Source: Paraspadella gotoi (taxonomy: Eukaryota; Animalia; Chaetognatha). Taken from it: a stretch of 64,000 nucleotides of DNA. The notes beneath the pieces were generated by a model. The model was given only the letters and a program-made list of their open reading frames with translations. It made no database searches and was not told the DNA's origin. Positions 52,643 through 64,000 of this stretch are shown here, piece by piece. The translations under genes and the position numbers were made by a program. Each line of letters begins with the position of its first letter. Positions within the stretch are counted from its first letter, which is position 1. Location of the stretch: contig CM119264.1 of NCBI GenBank assembly GCA_051294375.1, positions 7,376,103 to 7,440,102 of the forward strand. The letters run 5' to 3'.

Positions 52643-52934
52643 CGTCTCTCTCCCGCCCAGGAGATAAAACAAACAAAAGACTCGTCGATAAAACCGATAA
52701 AACCGATAAAACCTTTTCCCGTCAAATACATTCAGACATCAATTTCGAATTAAAATAAATTAAACGAAATTAAATAGTGAATTAGAGAGAATTAAAGTAA
52801 ACGAAAGGATAAACAGAAGAACAACGTTCATCTTAGACGACGTTTTTTCAGTTGTTTTTTGTTTTTTTTTAATTCGTTATGTATTTGTTTCATAAAGTTA
52901 ATTGTACTTTATCTATCGAAACAGTTAAAAAAAA

Positions 52935-53425
52935 AACATTATAAAACTTCATTGATAGGAAAGTCAAGCACTCCGGGAGTTCATAATCTTGATTGTGAGA
53001 GAGTGCTCATTAAAAACTTGGACGGTCTTGCTATGAGAGGGAAGGAGTCATAAACCGACCATCGCCTGTCGCAAGTCAGGGGCGAGATACGCTTTTTATA
53101 TGAAATTAGATGCAATAATTTTCATTTGGTTTTACCAATCTCGACAAGAGCGAGGATTTGTCTTGCCGTATATTGCAGTTGGACAGATAACTCTAGAACA
53201 GGAACAAGGAAAATACTGTTATGAAAATTAGTACAAACCAACTATAAGAAATCTATCCATTCAGTTTAATAAATAAGTTATCTTGCCCCTGATTTTCGGA
53301 CAGGCCTTTGACTAGGTTCAAGGCCTCCATTCACTCATGCCAAGTCCAAGACGTCTCACAGTCTCTTTATTCGACTCCCAGGAGTACTTTCGGCTTCCGC
53401 TTTCAATGAAGCTTTATAATATTTC
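52935..53425. mobile_element. Degenerate foldback/MITE-like element with ~155-bp inverted arms
   Basis: cattataaaacttcattga / tcaatgaagctttataata; gcactccgggagt / actcccaggagtac; ttggac..tgc.atgag / ctcatgccaagtccaa; cctgtcgcaagtcaggggcgagata / tatcttgcccctgattttcggacagg. These pair in nested order around a ~190-bp spacer. Confidence 0.6.
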
Positions 53426-54018
53426 CAAGACATTTTCAACTCGTATAAAAGACCATGTAAGCGGACAGACCGACCATGGATTGGCGGGAAAATCTATTCT
53501 CGTCTGGATTAATCGCGAAAAAAAAATTCATTGAAGAAAAAAAAACTTCATGAAGAAAAAAAGGAAGCGAGCTTTAATCGGAGATCGTTCCAGGATTTGT
53601 CGTTGTTGTTTGTCGTCGTCGTTCGTCGGTCCTTGTCGTTGTCACTGTCGGTCTCGTCGTCCAAGGCTTATCTGTCGTCGTCGTCATCAGATGCTCACCT
53701 ATAACTGTGGTAGATTTTCTCTCTACTGTTTCTATTTGTCGTTTTATGACATTTGGTTATCGCGCGGAAAATAGAGTCACCTTTATTTATTTTTTTTTTG
53801 GCTTGATTTTTTTTCTCGTTTTTGTCACCAACCTCATCATCGTTGTCATCCGTCATCGTCATCATCGTCATCATCGTCATCTTAATCAGTTCGATTTTTT
53901 AAAAATGAAGAATATTCTGATTCTCTTCCGTCCGACAAATTCCAACGCCTTTTTTAATTTTCTTAATTCAGTTGTTAAATTTCTTCCGTTTTAATTTTCT
54001 TTATCGAGCTGGTCTCTC

Positions 54019-54100
<82 letters not shown>

Positions 54101-57100
54101 ACCGCCTGATAAATTGAAGATTTCTCTCCAATTTTTCCCTGTGAGGATAATTTAAAAGAGAGAGGAAAAGAAAGTACAATTTTTTTATTCCGAAATATTT
54201 AATTTTAAAAATCTTAACTAAAAATCTAAAAATGTTTTCGACTTGGTGATCTGCAAAGTCAAGACGAAATCAACTTTCTCATTCAACGACATTAAAAGTT
54301 AAACATCTCGAAAACCGACTCTAAGCCGAAGGATTTTTAACGAAATAAAAATTCATTGAAAAAAAAATAAAGTAAGAAAAGTAGGGAAAGACAAATGAGT
54401 AAAATTAATCTCAGTGGAGCAAAACCAACTGGATTTCCGAGAAAAGATAAGGAGCGTAGGAGTTAATCAAAGCAGAGTGCTTCACTTTTATGCCGCAGGA
54501 AACTTGGAAAGATTGTGATCGTGAAAAGGAAAGCTCAATGAATCTGGTTAAACATTGTTTGAAGCGTGTTACTTTTACAGAGAATCTAATGAAGTTAATA
54601 ATAATAAAATTAATATGATATTTTCTTTATCTCTCGTCCAAGATAATAACATTATTAGGGCCCTGCAATCTCTTAATCAAGACTTCACAGTCTACAATTC
54701 TTCATAGTCTAGTCTATGAACACTCAGAGCACCAGTCCTCCCCCTGCTGCCCTTCAATATTTTTATATACTGTTTCAATTTTATGAAAGGACAGTCGGTC
54801 CAGTCTACCGAGCCCTTTACAGTCAGAACAAAAAAAAAACCAATAAAAGTGAAAGACTAAGAGCACGAAACGAAAACGCTCTCGGGACTGATATATATAT
54901 ATATATATATATCAAACGTGGTTATATTTGAAGAAAATTACTTGAAAAAGTGAAACGGGTGACCCCGGCGAAAAAAAAGAAGAAAAAGGACAGAATTAAA
55001 AAAAAAAGGCTGAGATGGCAAGAAGGGGCTCGATGGCAAAATAGCGGACCCCGCGTCTCCTTTATTTTTTTCGGGGACTTAATGACTTTTTTTACGAGGC
55101 AAAGTCTTTCTTCTGATGGGCCTCACCATCAATTCGGACGCCGGTCGGAGGGAGAGGCTCCTCTCTCTTCCTATCACAGCAGCTCATGGGCGAAATATGA
55201 TGGATGTGATGTAGTTGAAATATTTTAAACTAAATATATNNNNNNNNNNNNNNNNNNNNNNNNNATATGGTTGTCTTTGTGAAATCTGTTTTACATAAAA
55301 AAAACAAATAGACGGAAAGACGGGGCGAGGAGAGAGGAGGAGATAGAGAGGAGATGAGGAGATGAGACAGCGATGAGATGGGGTGAGAATGAGGGGAGAG
55401 ACGGATGGAGCACCGAGATGGATGTTTCAATGGAGTTGTGTCGCGACAGAATCAGTATGGTTTGCAAGCGCATCGGGTTGAAGTGGAGTTTGGGTCAGAT
55501 AGATGGAGAGAATGATGGTGAGAGAGGATATAGAGAGTGATGGTTTTTGAAAGAGAAGTGAATGTGAATGTAAAAAGATAAAGAGCACGTATGAATGAAG
55601 GATGGAAGTAGTACGGAAAGGAAATAAGAAAAGTAGCATATAACAACGACTATATCAAGAAAGGAAAAGAGAAATAAGAAAGCAGAGAAAGGAGGTTGTG
55701 GAATGCGGTATTGATTATCAGTAGGTCAAGTGACGGCGCTGACATGAAAGAAAGAGAATTTGAAAGACGTGGGGTAGGTGAGAGGGAGGCGAGGAGACTG
55801 AGGATGGAGATGATGGAGGGTGCGTGGGCTTAACTAGTTGAAACTCAACCTTTTCCCCGTAAGGCGACATTAAGATCAGATGTAATCGAGTATCGAGAGA
55901 TCGATTTAAGGAGTAGGGTGCGTGGCGAGTATGGAGTAGCGAAGGTGTGGGGACGGATGGAACGGGGACTGACGGACGTCCGATGGTGTCTTCGATTAGT
56001 AGAGGCTGAACTCCGGTGCGGTTTGTCGTGAAGGGAGGCAGCGATGCCGGGTGTATTGTGGGAGATGGATTGGAGTCCGGACGAGGAGGGGAAGTGACAA
56101 CATAAGACTAAAATCAATACTTGTGAGCAATAAGTTTCAGTTATCAAACAAAGGGGATACCGAGGAGGAGAATCTAAATAAGATTTATATTAAAAGAATA
56201 CTAGTGGGTGAGAGGAAAGGAGTTATGTATGAAATGATTGGATGAATGAGATGAAGGAGGAGTGTGAAGGAAGATGAGGTGGGTGTCAGGTTAGGAATGA
56301 ATAACTGAGGGGGATGAATGAATAACTGAGTTAATGTGATAGTGTGATGAGCATGAGGAGATAGAGAAGGTGTATACTGAATGATAAATGACATGAATGA
56401 ATAATCTGATTATTAAATGAGGGTGGGAGGAGGGCTCAGGATGAATAAGTCTGATAGCGGATGAACGATATGAATGAGGAATGTAGGAGTGAGTTGCATG
56501 AGCCGATGGAAGTGGCGAATGAATGGAATATAATCCGTACGCTGTCGAGTCGAGTGAACATGTCCTAGAAGAGCGATCCAATGGGATTCGTATTAAATGA
56601 TAGTTGAGCGTCTTGGAGAATGCACGATGAATTTATGGTCATTGAAAGTTCACGAACTTGAGTCAAAAAGGTAGACGTTCTCTTTATAAGGAATGAATGA
56701 GAAATCTATAACGTCGCATACATTCAGGTGGAAGTAATTCATAAGAGTCCCAAGGAAGTTCTGCCCCCACTACCTATTCAGAAGGAATCGAGAGAGTTTA
56801 TGATGGAAAAGCTTTGCATCCACAAACAACGTATTTTTTTTAAAGTCCTAACTTGACCCGAGTATGTATACCTGAACGACGTGGCCTCTACCGTCTCCCT
56901 TCAGCAAATTTGTAGTCTTTGGAAGAGTCAACCCTGAAGCCCACATTTTCAACCACAAAAAAAAACAAAAAAGACTATTCCACAGTTTTATATGAATTGA
57001 AATAAGATTATGCAGTGTATCGGAACCTTAGACTTCACGCGATACCCTGATTTGCAGATTCCTCCAGAAGGCAGTATGGATCGTGCCTATATAAAAGAAA

Positions 57101-57777
57101 GGATTCGCGTGCCAAACGAAACGCGTCGTATCATAATTTCCTCGTCGGTCAAACGAGATTCGCCCGATCAAGCGCAGACCGACGACGAAACTGGAAAATG
57201 CTTGACGAACGTGGAGGCGCAGACCAGGGAAATGAGTCTATAAGTTTCAAGGAGCGATAAAAGCACGGACGAGGCGTTATCTTACGCCGAACAAAGGACG
57301 GTAAGGTTATAGAAGATGCGCGGGTTTAGCCGAGATGCCGACGCAGAATTATGAACTGAATGCGCGCGTCCATCGCGGTGTCCTAAAAGGAACAATAGAT
57401 CTAGGCGTCGTAGTGATACTGGTGGGTAAGTAATCGTCTTGGAGATTGAGTAACTATGGTGGTTTATTGTGGTCTAGTGTATTGTTGGCGTCTGAATCTT
57501 GGTTATTGAGCTATGTGGATTGTTTTTGACGAAATTACCAGTTTAAGTTTAGAGAATTTTAGAGATTTGGGCAGTTTAGTTTGTATGGGGGAGTAGGGGT
57601 AGGTTAATAGAATCTTAAACTAAAGTAACAGTATGTACCAGGATAGAGGATTAACTGTAGGGTATGATGAGGATTAGAGAAAAAAAACCACAATGGCAGG
57701 CAAATTCCGAAAAAGATTGATGTTTATGTGAAGTGAAGGAAAGAATGATTAGGAATCGGATGGAAAGGACTCTTCAG

Positions 57778-58012
57778 ACGAAACCAAATGAGAATGACTC
57801 GATGTTGCCGACATACGACAAGACGATCTGAGCGGACGGACGGAGCTTGTGTTCCGTGCTTACCCATCGTTGATGAGCCAAATCGAATGTCTGCTCCGAC
57901 GGAGACCGTCTTCGCATCTTCCTCATCGCGGCGCTCGCAGGCGATGAGAAGAGAGAGGACTGCTGCCGGTCTGCGGAGGCCGAGCTGCTGGCCGGCGCGC
58001 GCGCGATGGGCG
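57778..58012 (+). CDS. Candidate error-containing exon, possibly the start of a Venus-flytrap (GABA-B-like) ligand-binding domain
   Basis: GC-rich block between acceptor cttcag| and donor |gtgaac. Fragments in different frames read DSMLPTYDKTI..ADG / GACVPCL / DRLRIFLIAAL, loosely like GABA-B LYIGALFP..W.GG.AC.P. Several indels have to be assumed. Confidence 0.25.
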
Positions 58013-58237
58013 GTGAACTCAACCTTTTCCCCACGAATTCGATCAAATCGAAGGAAGAGACGAAAGGGGGACGAATGAGAAACGAAGGGGAGGGACGGAC
58101 TGACGGACTGACGGACTGACGGCTGACGGACTGAGGGACGACCGGATGGATTGATGGAAACGAAGGAAAGACAAAAGCTAAATCAACTTAGAGACAATTC
58201 AGTTAAAAATAGGTAACAACAAATAAATTTATATTAA

Positions 58238-58395
58238 AATGAATAAGTGAGAGAATAAATGAATGAATAACTGAATGAATAAATGAATGAATGAGTGAAT
58301 GAATGAATGAATGAATTAATAACTGAATGAATGAATGAATAACTGAATGAATGAGTGAATGAATGAATGAATGAATGTATGAATGAATGAATGAA
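58238..58395. repeat. (TGAA)n microsatellite with TAAC interruptions
   Basis: Direct reading; similar tract at 63690-63855. Confidence 0.9.
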
Positions 58396-58868
58396 GAGAA
58401 CGGACGGGCTTGCGTGTAGATTCATATTCTTATTTTCGCCTTGTGGGATTATTAGCAGATTTATTGCTTGGAGGTTGCATAGAAGTATTAGATTGATTGT
58501 CAACAAATTAGTAATGGAGAACAAGGTGGATGAAAGAAGAAATGTGATAAATTCATTAATACGTCCATAGGAGGATGTTTATTTACTAGAAAAAAGTTAG
58601 ATAATAACCTAAGGATAGGGATTTTTATTTTATTTTTATTTTAATATACACATAAAAATAAAATCGTTGATCGATTTGTGATTTTTTCTGATTTTTTCGA
58701 ATTACTGTTTTGGTATTAATAAAGACAAATTTAAAAAAAAAAAAACCTCAATCACGTTGATTCCATTTAAACGTTTATCTTTTGTTCAATAGTTTTTCGT
58801 TTTTACTTTGTTTCACCGTTTTCTAGACTTTAACCACTTACTGATTGTCAAAATAACCCTTTTTGGAA

Positions 58869-58933
<65 letters not shown>

Positions 58934-59593
58934 AAAAAACAATCTCTTTACGAAGGGGCACAAAGAATAAAAGAGAAAAAGTCAGGAAAAAGTGAATAGA
59001 GGAGGAAAGATGGAGAAGAAAATGAGACATGAAACATGGGAAGATAAGGAAAAAAGTAAGGTTACTAGTTCATTTTTATCATTTCCGAAAATCCATGAGT
59101 GAGCGTTAAATAGGTCGTCAACTCGACTTTGCAGAAACAATTGTGATTTTTTTTATTGTTGTTGAAATGCTCAATTTCACACGATATTCTTTTCAAAACA
59201 AAAAACGATTATGCAAATGAGGTTTTAACGAGGCTTTTATTTAGTTCTTAAAACAGTGATTCAATGCAGTATTCAATTCAGAAGCAATTGCCCCAAGAAA
59301 ATTAACCTTTTCTTTCTCTGTCTTTTACTTTGCTCGCTGCAGTCGTAAAAGACCCAACCCTCGCAAATCCCGCCCACTTGCGCCCTTACCTCTACTTTCC
59401 CCACTCTCTGCCTTGTACCTCTACCCTACCCTTACCCGTTTTCTTCCCTTCCGCAAATCTCCCTTCCTCACTCTAAGAAATTCTGAGGCCCCAACAAAAA
59501 CACATTTCTCCCCCTGATATTATTGTTTTGGTGCCAGAACAGCCTCAGAGCGACGATTGACCGTTTTAAAAAGTCTACTCTCTCTCTCTCTCT

Positions 59594-59634
<41 letters not shown>

Positions 59635-59693
59635 CTCTCTCTCTCTCGCCTCCTCGCTTTCTCCCTGCGAATTTCGAAGGAGTGGGTGAGGAT

Positions 59694-59726
<33 letters not shown>

Positions 59727-62700
59727 TGAAGAGAGGAGAGCACACAGAGAGAGAGAAAAGAGAGAGATTGATTTTGACGGAAAACAGACAAACAAAATAC
59801 TGGTAGCTCACTCGGAACACGCGGGGAGGTTTGAGAAAGAGAGAGAGCAGAGAGAGGAGCAGAGCAGACGAGAGATGGAAGACGAGAGACGAGAGAGAGA
59901 GAGGAGAGAGACGAGAGAGAGATAGGAGAGAGAGAGTGAGACCGACCGTCCGATCACCACATCCGTAGATAATTAGCGCATTGCTTCCGCAAGATTTTTG
60001 CGCTTCCATCGAGGAAAGAAAGGCCAGAGGAAAGAATTCCTTTTTATATTATGTATATATGTCGTCGTCTCAAAGCTTATTTGATTTTTTTTTACCGTTT
60101 GCTTCCGAACTCTTTTGTTTGAAGAGAAAAAATGAAAGCGTCGAAATTCGGTTGGAGCGACGGAGACTGGAGGTTGAGGAGAAGCTCCCCATTTGAGTCG
60201 GTCTGAAGGTGCACTAATCTAATTAGGTGAAGAGTTGAAAGTGGAATCAAAATTTAGCAGTTATTACTTGAAAACGTAATCATATTAGTGAATATTAATC
60301 TGTTATTATTTTTTTTTATAAATATAGTAGCCCAGGTCAAGCTTATTTTGTTATTTAATGTCAAAATTTCAATTTTTTTTTAAAATTATGCAGAACATAG
60401 TTAGGATTCCTCATTTAAAAGTTGATAAAAGAAATATGATTTTTTCCTAAAAATTATATCAATGTAGTAGGTTAAAATATTAAAAACTTAAATTTTTAAA
60501 CTCAAAAATTGAAAATTGGAATGTTAAATATAGATTGTTTAACCAACTTAATGAAATAATTTTAAAAAGAATATTACTTTCTATTATCAACTTTTTGCAA
60601 AGGAACCAAATCCGATATTAAAATTTAAAAGATTTTGCATTTATAATTTTAGCTTATTATTATTATGTATAAATTTAGCTCACTTGGTGACCCACTAATG
60701 TATTAAAATTTCAAAAAATTAATTTTACCAAAGTATTTTTATAGTTTTTATTCATGTTTAATATGCTAAATTTTCAATTTTCTAAAATTGTTATTCATTA
60801 TCAGTTATCCAATGGAACGGTTTAAAAGGCGTTTACGGCAACTTAGTTCGCACACTTGGGCTGGAACTCAGATGGAGTGGTTCATGATCTGAGGGATCTT
60901 ACTCACATGGAACCAGATGGTGACAATAAAATGATTTTGAAATTGGTTATTAGGTAAAATTTCTGGGCCAGAAAAGCCACTACAACTTAGGCATGGAATA
61001 AAAAGAATATTGTTTTATTAAGATAAATACTTCAAGTTTTTGCTTCCTTTCACTTTAATTTTTAATTTATTTATTTTTATAGACTTTTTTTAATTGTCAT
61101 TAAATTGACCTTTTGTTTTTCGTCGGCCTTCAACTTTTTTTTTCTGAGAATTCGCCAAAACTATTTTCCCCACCAAACCGCCTTGTCCTCGGTATAAAAA
61201 CGATCAAACAACAACAACAACAACAACAACGACGACGCGATAACAACAGACCATAACTTTAACTTGTTTTCCTCTCTCCATCTCCTCTCTTCTCTCTCTC
61301 TCTCTCTTCTCTCTGCTCCTTCTTCCTCTCTCTCTCTCTCTCATATCCTAAAATATCTCACTATTCAGACAGTTTAACTTGTTATTTTATTTATGAAAAT
61401 AAATCAGCGGAAATTAAATTGTCTGGCAAAAGAATGGCGCCGGATCGTAGATAACGCTCTCTCTCTCTGCTCTCTCTCTCGTCTCTCTTCTCTCTCCTCA
61501 TCTCTTCTCTCTGCTCTATCTGCTCTACATAATGAATACAAGAAGTTGGAAATCGTTGCTCCTGGAAATTTTTCGCAAGTCAGACAGTCTGCCGGCTTTT
61601 ACAATTGGCGATTTCTTACAAGCTCAAATCCGAACTTGGACACCGTACAACATATCCCTCCACTCTATAATTTTCGTCCCCAACATCACCCATTCTAATC
61701 CTGCTAATTCTATGTATCTTAGTTTTCTGCCATTATGACGTCTACGTAACTAGACTTCATTCATTACATTGTTCTTTCTGATCTCTTTTTCTCTCCCTTA
61801 TAATTAGATATATAGAGAAATTACTATATAACGTGCCAAGCATCAGAATGAAATACTATGAACTCTTCTTGGAAATGATGATAAGAGTAGTTATAACAGA
61901 ATTTAAAACTGCTGAGGCGATGTTCTAAATGAGAATGATTGGAAAAATATTATCAACTAGATAAGGCTAAAACCAAAGATCTTAGCCATAAATAAACGTC
62001 GCGAAAAAACTTCAAGAGGAAAACAATTTCAGTCGAGTACTTCACCTATACAGTCTTCGGTCCTTCCATATTTGAAATAACTCTGAAAGAAGTTCTGGGT
62101 CAACGAATATGTCAGAAATAAGAAAAGTAGAAAGATAAAGAGATAATATCATAGTAATATAAATAACTAGTAAAGTAACCAATGGGATAAAAAATTTGAA
62201 AAAATACACTAATCTGCTCAACTTATGTTATAAATAATTTCTATCTCCCTCCAACATTCAGCAGACTTATTGATATATTATGACAGAGCGGCTGATACAG
62301 ACTAAAATTCAAGATAATATCTAGAAAGCAAGTGTAATAATTAAAAGCCATTGTTTAAAATAACTTCTCTTTTCTCTATAGTATCAAAGACGAAGAAGAA
62401 AAATTCCAATAATCCCTATCAAATCGACGCTCACTATGCTACTAAAAGAAGATAGAACGAGACGTACTCAATGAATACTCTCTCAAATCTGGTTTTCTTG
62501 TAACAGACATGAAACCGTTTTCTTAAATTATCCGAACATTGATGATTTTGAATTATTATTGGGAATTGAGACTCCTAGGTTTACTATTATGAATACTGAT
62601 GGCTTACTCAATACACCGGTCAGATGAGGTTGCGATAGCTCTATAAGCGGGTCTAGAACCTGGCAATGCCCACGTACAATGAAGCCCAAAACCATGTACC

Positions 62701-63689
62701 CCGTTTTCTTCTTCAGAAATTCATTTTCAAGAACTTTCCATTCATCCTTAAACACAAACGAAAAGAAGCTCCTGTAAACCAAATAAAGTAACTCTATAAT
62801 TTAATTTAATAGCCTGACTGACATTATTCGTAAGACAAAGAGTGAAAGAACTCTTTCTTTCTTTCTTCTTCTCTCTCTCTATGATAAATGCCTAAATTGT
62901 AGACTCTAGAATGTAATGAAGTATTTGTGGCTATTGTTTTATTTGTGCCCTAAAGCCCCATGAATAAATACAAATTCAAAGAAATCTCTTTAGCAAGTAC
63001 ATTCATTCCGACGCCGTGCGTACTGTTAAGATTCTAACCCTGCCAAAATCTCTTCCTCGTTATGTTATGTATTCTTGCTATATTTGTTTTGTTTCTTAAG
63101 TAGTTAGATGCAACTTCGCGATTTCTCCATGTCGACTTAAACCGCAAGTCCAACACTAGGGCAGGCATAATTTATGATTTTGATAGCGGTATGGCTTTTA
63201 CAATGTTACCTGCGACTCTTTATAATATGGCGCCCTAATCGATCTTGTGGCGTAAGATAGGCGCACTCGTTTTCCGCGACTTTTAGGAATAGTAGTAATT
63301 GCCTATGCTTAATAGCCGTTCGTTTAAGTGCAGTTATAACATTAACTTCGTCCTAGGGAAAAACATAAAATAATTGATATGGTTTTCAAGCTCTAGAACC
63401 CGGGAAGAGAGCAAGATTCGGCACAAATGTTGGCGCACCTGTCTTTTTAGCGTAGACGAGCCAGACTCCATTGTAACGGAACCTGAGGAAGTTTAAATGT
63501 ACTTCCCAAATACTTGGTAAAAAGTTACGCGCAAAAATAAAAAAGAAGTATTATCACTTAATTGATGGGAGTGGGGTTATTAAATTATGATAATTTCCTT
63601 CATAATAATATAATAATAAGATATAATAATAAACAATGTAATAATAGTAGGTGTGTATTCTTTTNNNNNNNNNNNNNNNNNNNNNNNNN

Positions 63690-63855
63690 CTGAATGAATG
63701 AATGAATAAATGAATGGATAACTGAATGAATAACTGAATGAATTAATGAATGAATAACTGAATGAATAACTGAATGAATGAATGAATAACTGAATGAATG
63801 AATGAATAACTGAATGAATGAATGAATGAATGAATGAATGAATGAATGAATGAAT
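63690..63855. repeat. (TGAA)n microsatellite
   Basis: Direct reading, immediately after a 25-N gap. Confidence 0.9.
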
Positions 63856-64000
63856 TAACCTGAGCAGGAACTGTCCCTTGAATCAAGGGATCGTATTAAT
63901 GAAGTTAGCCCTTGAATGCTTGAATAAATGAATTATTCATTTGAGTCACGAACTCTGAGCCAAAAGGTAGACGTTCTTTTAAGGAATGAATTGAGAAATC

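Noticed and set aside
55265-57700. Unique-looking purine-rich region and its minus-strand ORFs
   Set aside because: Noisy copy of 57930-58400 and 63700-64000 (shared tcaaccttttcccc and aaaaggtagacgttct..aaggaatgaa anchors) following a 25-N gap.
61200-63664. ORFs 61393-61698 and 62528-62782
   Set aside because: Low-quality-looking sequence before a 25-N gap, with no recognisable motifs or splice structure.

Overview
Eukaryotic (animal-like) genomic scaffold: AT-rich, with GT-AG introns, many (AG)n/(GAC)n/(TGAA)n microsatellites, N-gaps and several stretches that look like uncorrected long-read gap fill. Genes I can reconstruct by hand: a 6-exon calmodulin-like EF-hand gene (6951-9521), a 10-exon SLC1/EAAT-family transporter with Asp->Asn changes at two key motifs (11832-15919), a 2-exon discoidin-like gene (30580-31519), an intronless secreted 1063-aa LDLa-SRCR-SRCR-helical protein (40038-43229), and possibly a Venus-flytrap receptor (48772 onward). 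The main signal is non-coding. Two unrelated ~275-285 bp LTR-like families each carry a circularly permuted (type-P5) twister ribozyme motif, with compensatory changes in the T1 pseudoknot between the families. One family occurs as a complete non-coding LTR-PBS-internal-PPT-LTR mini-element (9957-10667) and as a solo LTR with a 4-bp TSD (29591-29875). It is therefore a candidate twister-based LTR retrozyme that could release a 403-nt monomer or circRNA. Two Penelope-type repeats with minimal hammerhead ribozymes and three DINE-1/Helentron-like elements are also present. All calls are by eye; no database searches were run.
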